Notes under the pieces: generated by a model
Seen by the model: only the letters and a program-made list of their open reading frames with translations
Told to the model about the DNA's origin: nothing
Database searches by the model: none
Program-made: the position numbers and the translations under genes
IMG/VR virus record: IMGVR_UViG_3300010429_000979
Span: 17,314 to 81,313 of that record
Direction: 5' to 3' (one strand)
Source of the DNA: a virus
Lineage: Duplodnaviria > Caudoviricetes
DNA: 64,000 nucleotides
Part shown: in pieces, positions 63,728-64,000 of the stretch
Layout: every line of letters starts with the position of its first letter
Position numbering within the stretch: the first letter of the stretch is position 1

Positions 63728-64000
63728 ATGAATAATATATTAATGAAATCTTTAGCAATTAGAATGTATAGATATTTAGTTTCAATAAAAGAAAAAGAAA
63801 ATATATCCTATATTGAAATAAATGATATAATTATTTATTCATTTAGAACAATAAAAGAATTAAGAAAAGAATTAAAAGATTATGAAATATATGAAAAAAT
63901 AATTCCGATAATATATGACAATCCAATTAATTATATTATTGATTGTTTAGTTAGAAAAAATATTGAAATATTAACAATAAAAAATAGAATAATTAAACAA
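63728..64000 (+). CDS. Very AT-rich hypothetical protein, truncated by the window end
   Basis: Open frame MNNILMKSLAIRMYRYLV... to the window end; TATATTTG at about 63625 upstream. Confidence 0.45.
   Translation, partial: MNNILMKSLAIRMYRYLVSIKEKENISYIEINDIIIYSFRTIKELRKELKDYEIYEKIIPIIYDNPINYIIDCLVRKNIEILTIKNRIIKQ

Noticed and set aside
1-64000. Alternative genetic code (stop-codon reassignment)
   Set aside because: Long genes are intact in the standard code, and TAA, TAG and TGA all terminate well-supported genes

Overview
This window is an internal 64-kb piece of a large, probably lytic, contractile-tailed (myovirus-like) phage. The host is very likely Bacteroidota, based on TAnnTTTG promoters, signal peptides followed by Gln, and a Bacteroidota-style tmRNA resume context. 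Nearly all genes are on the + strand. The order is: tail and baseplate (1-13.9 kb); a 2754-aa fibre/adhesin-like protein with a Sec signal peptide, followed by small secreted proteins and a lysis cassette (13.9-26.8 kb); one divergent sigma-like gene; replication, recombination and nucleotide-metabolism genes, including a T4-like cytosine-modification set with two thymidylate-synthase-fold paralogues (27.5-48.2 kb); an early region of small unknown genes behind repeated host-type promoters (49-62 kb); and a repeat-rich, then very AT-rich, right end. No capsid, terminase or integrase is recognisable. The top finding is a circularly permuted, two-piece tmRNA gene at 48351-48630. Its T-arm/acceptor 3' half lies upstream of the GGGGGUG 5' half, it has G3-U70, it encodes the tag (A)GNAYQMKAAA*, and it apparently lacks pk1. 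Other strong leads are the exported giant fibre-like protein rich in host O-glycosylation sequons, the dual TS-fold dCMP-type modification module, a putative phage sigma factor/TACTATTA promoter cascade, and an unannotated -1 frameshift tail chaperone. All calls come from manual motif reading; no database searches were run.
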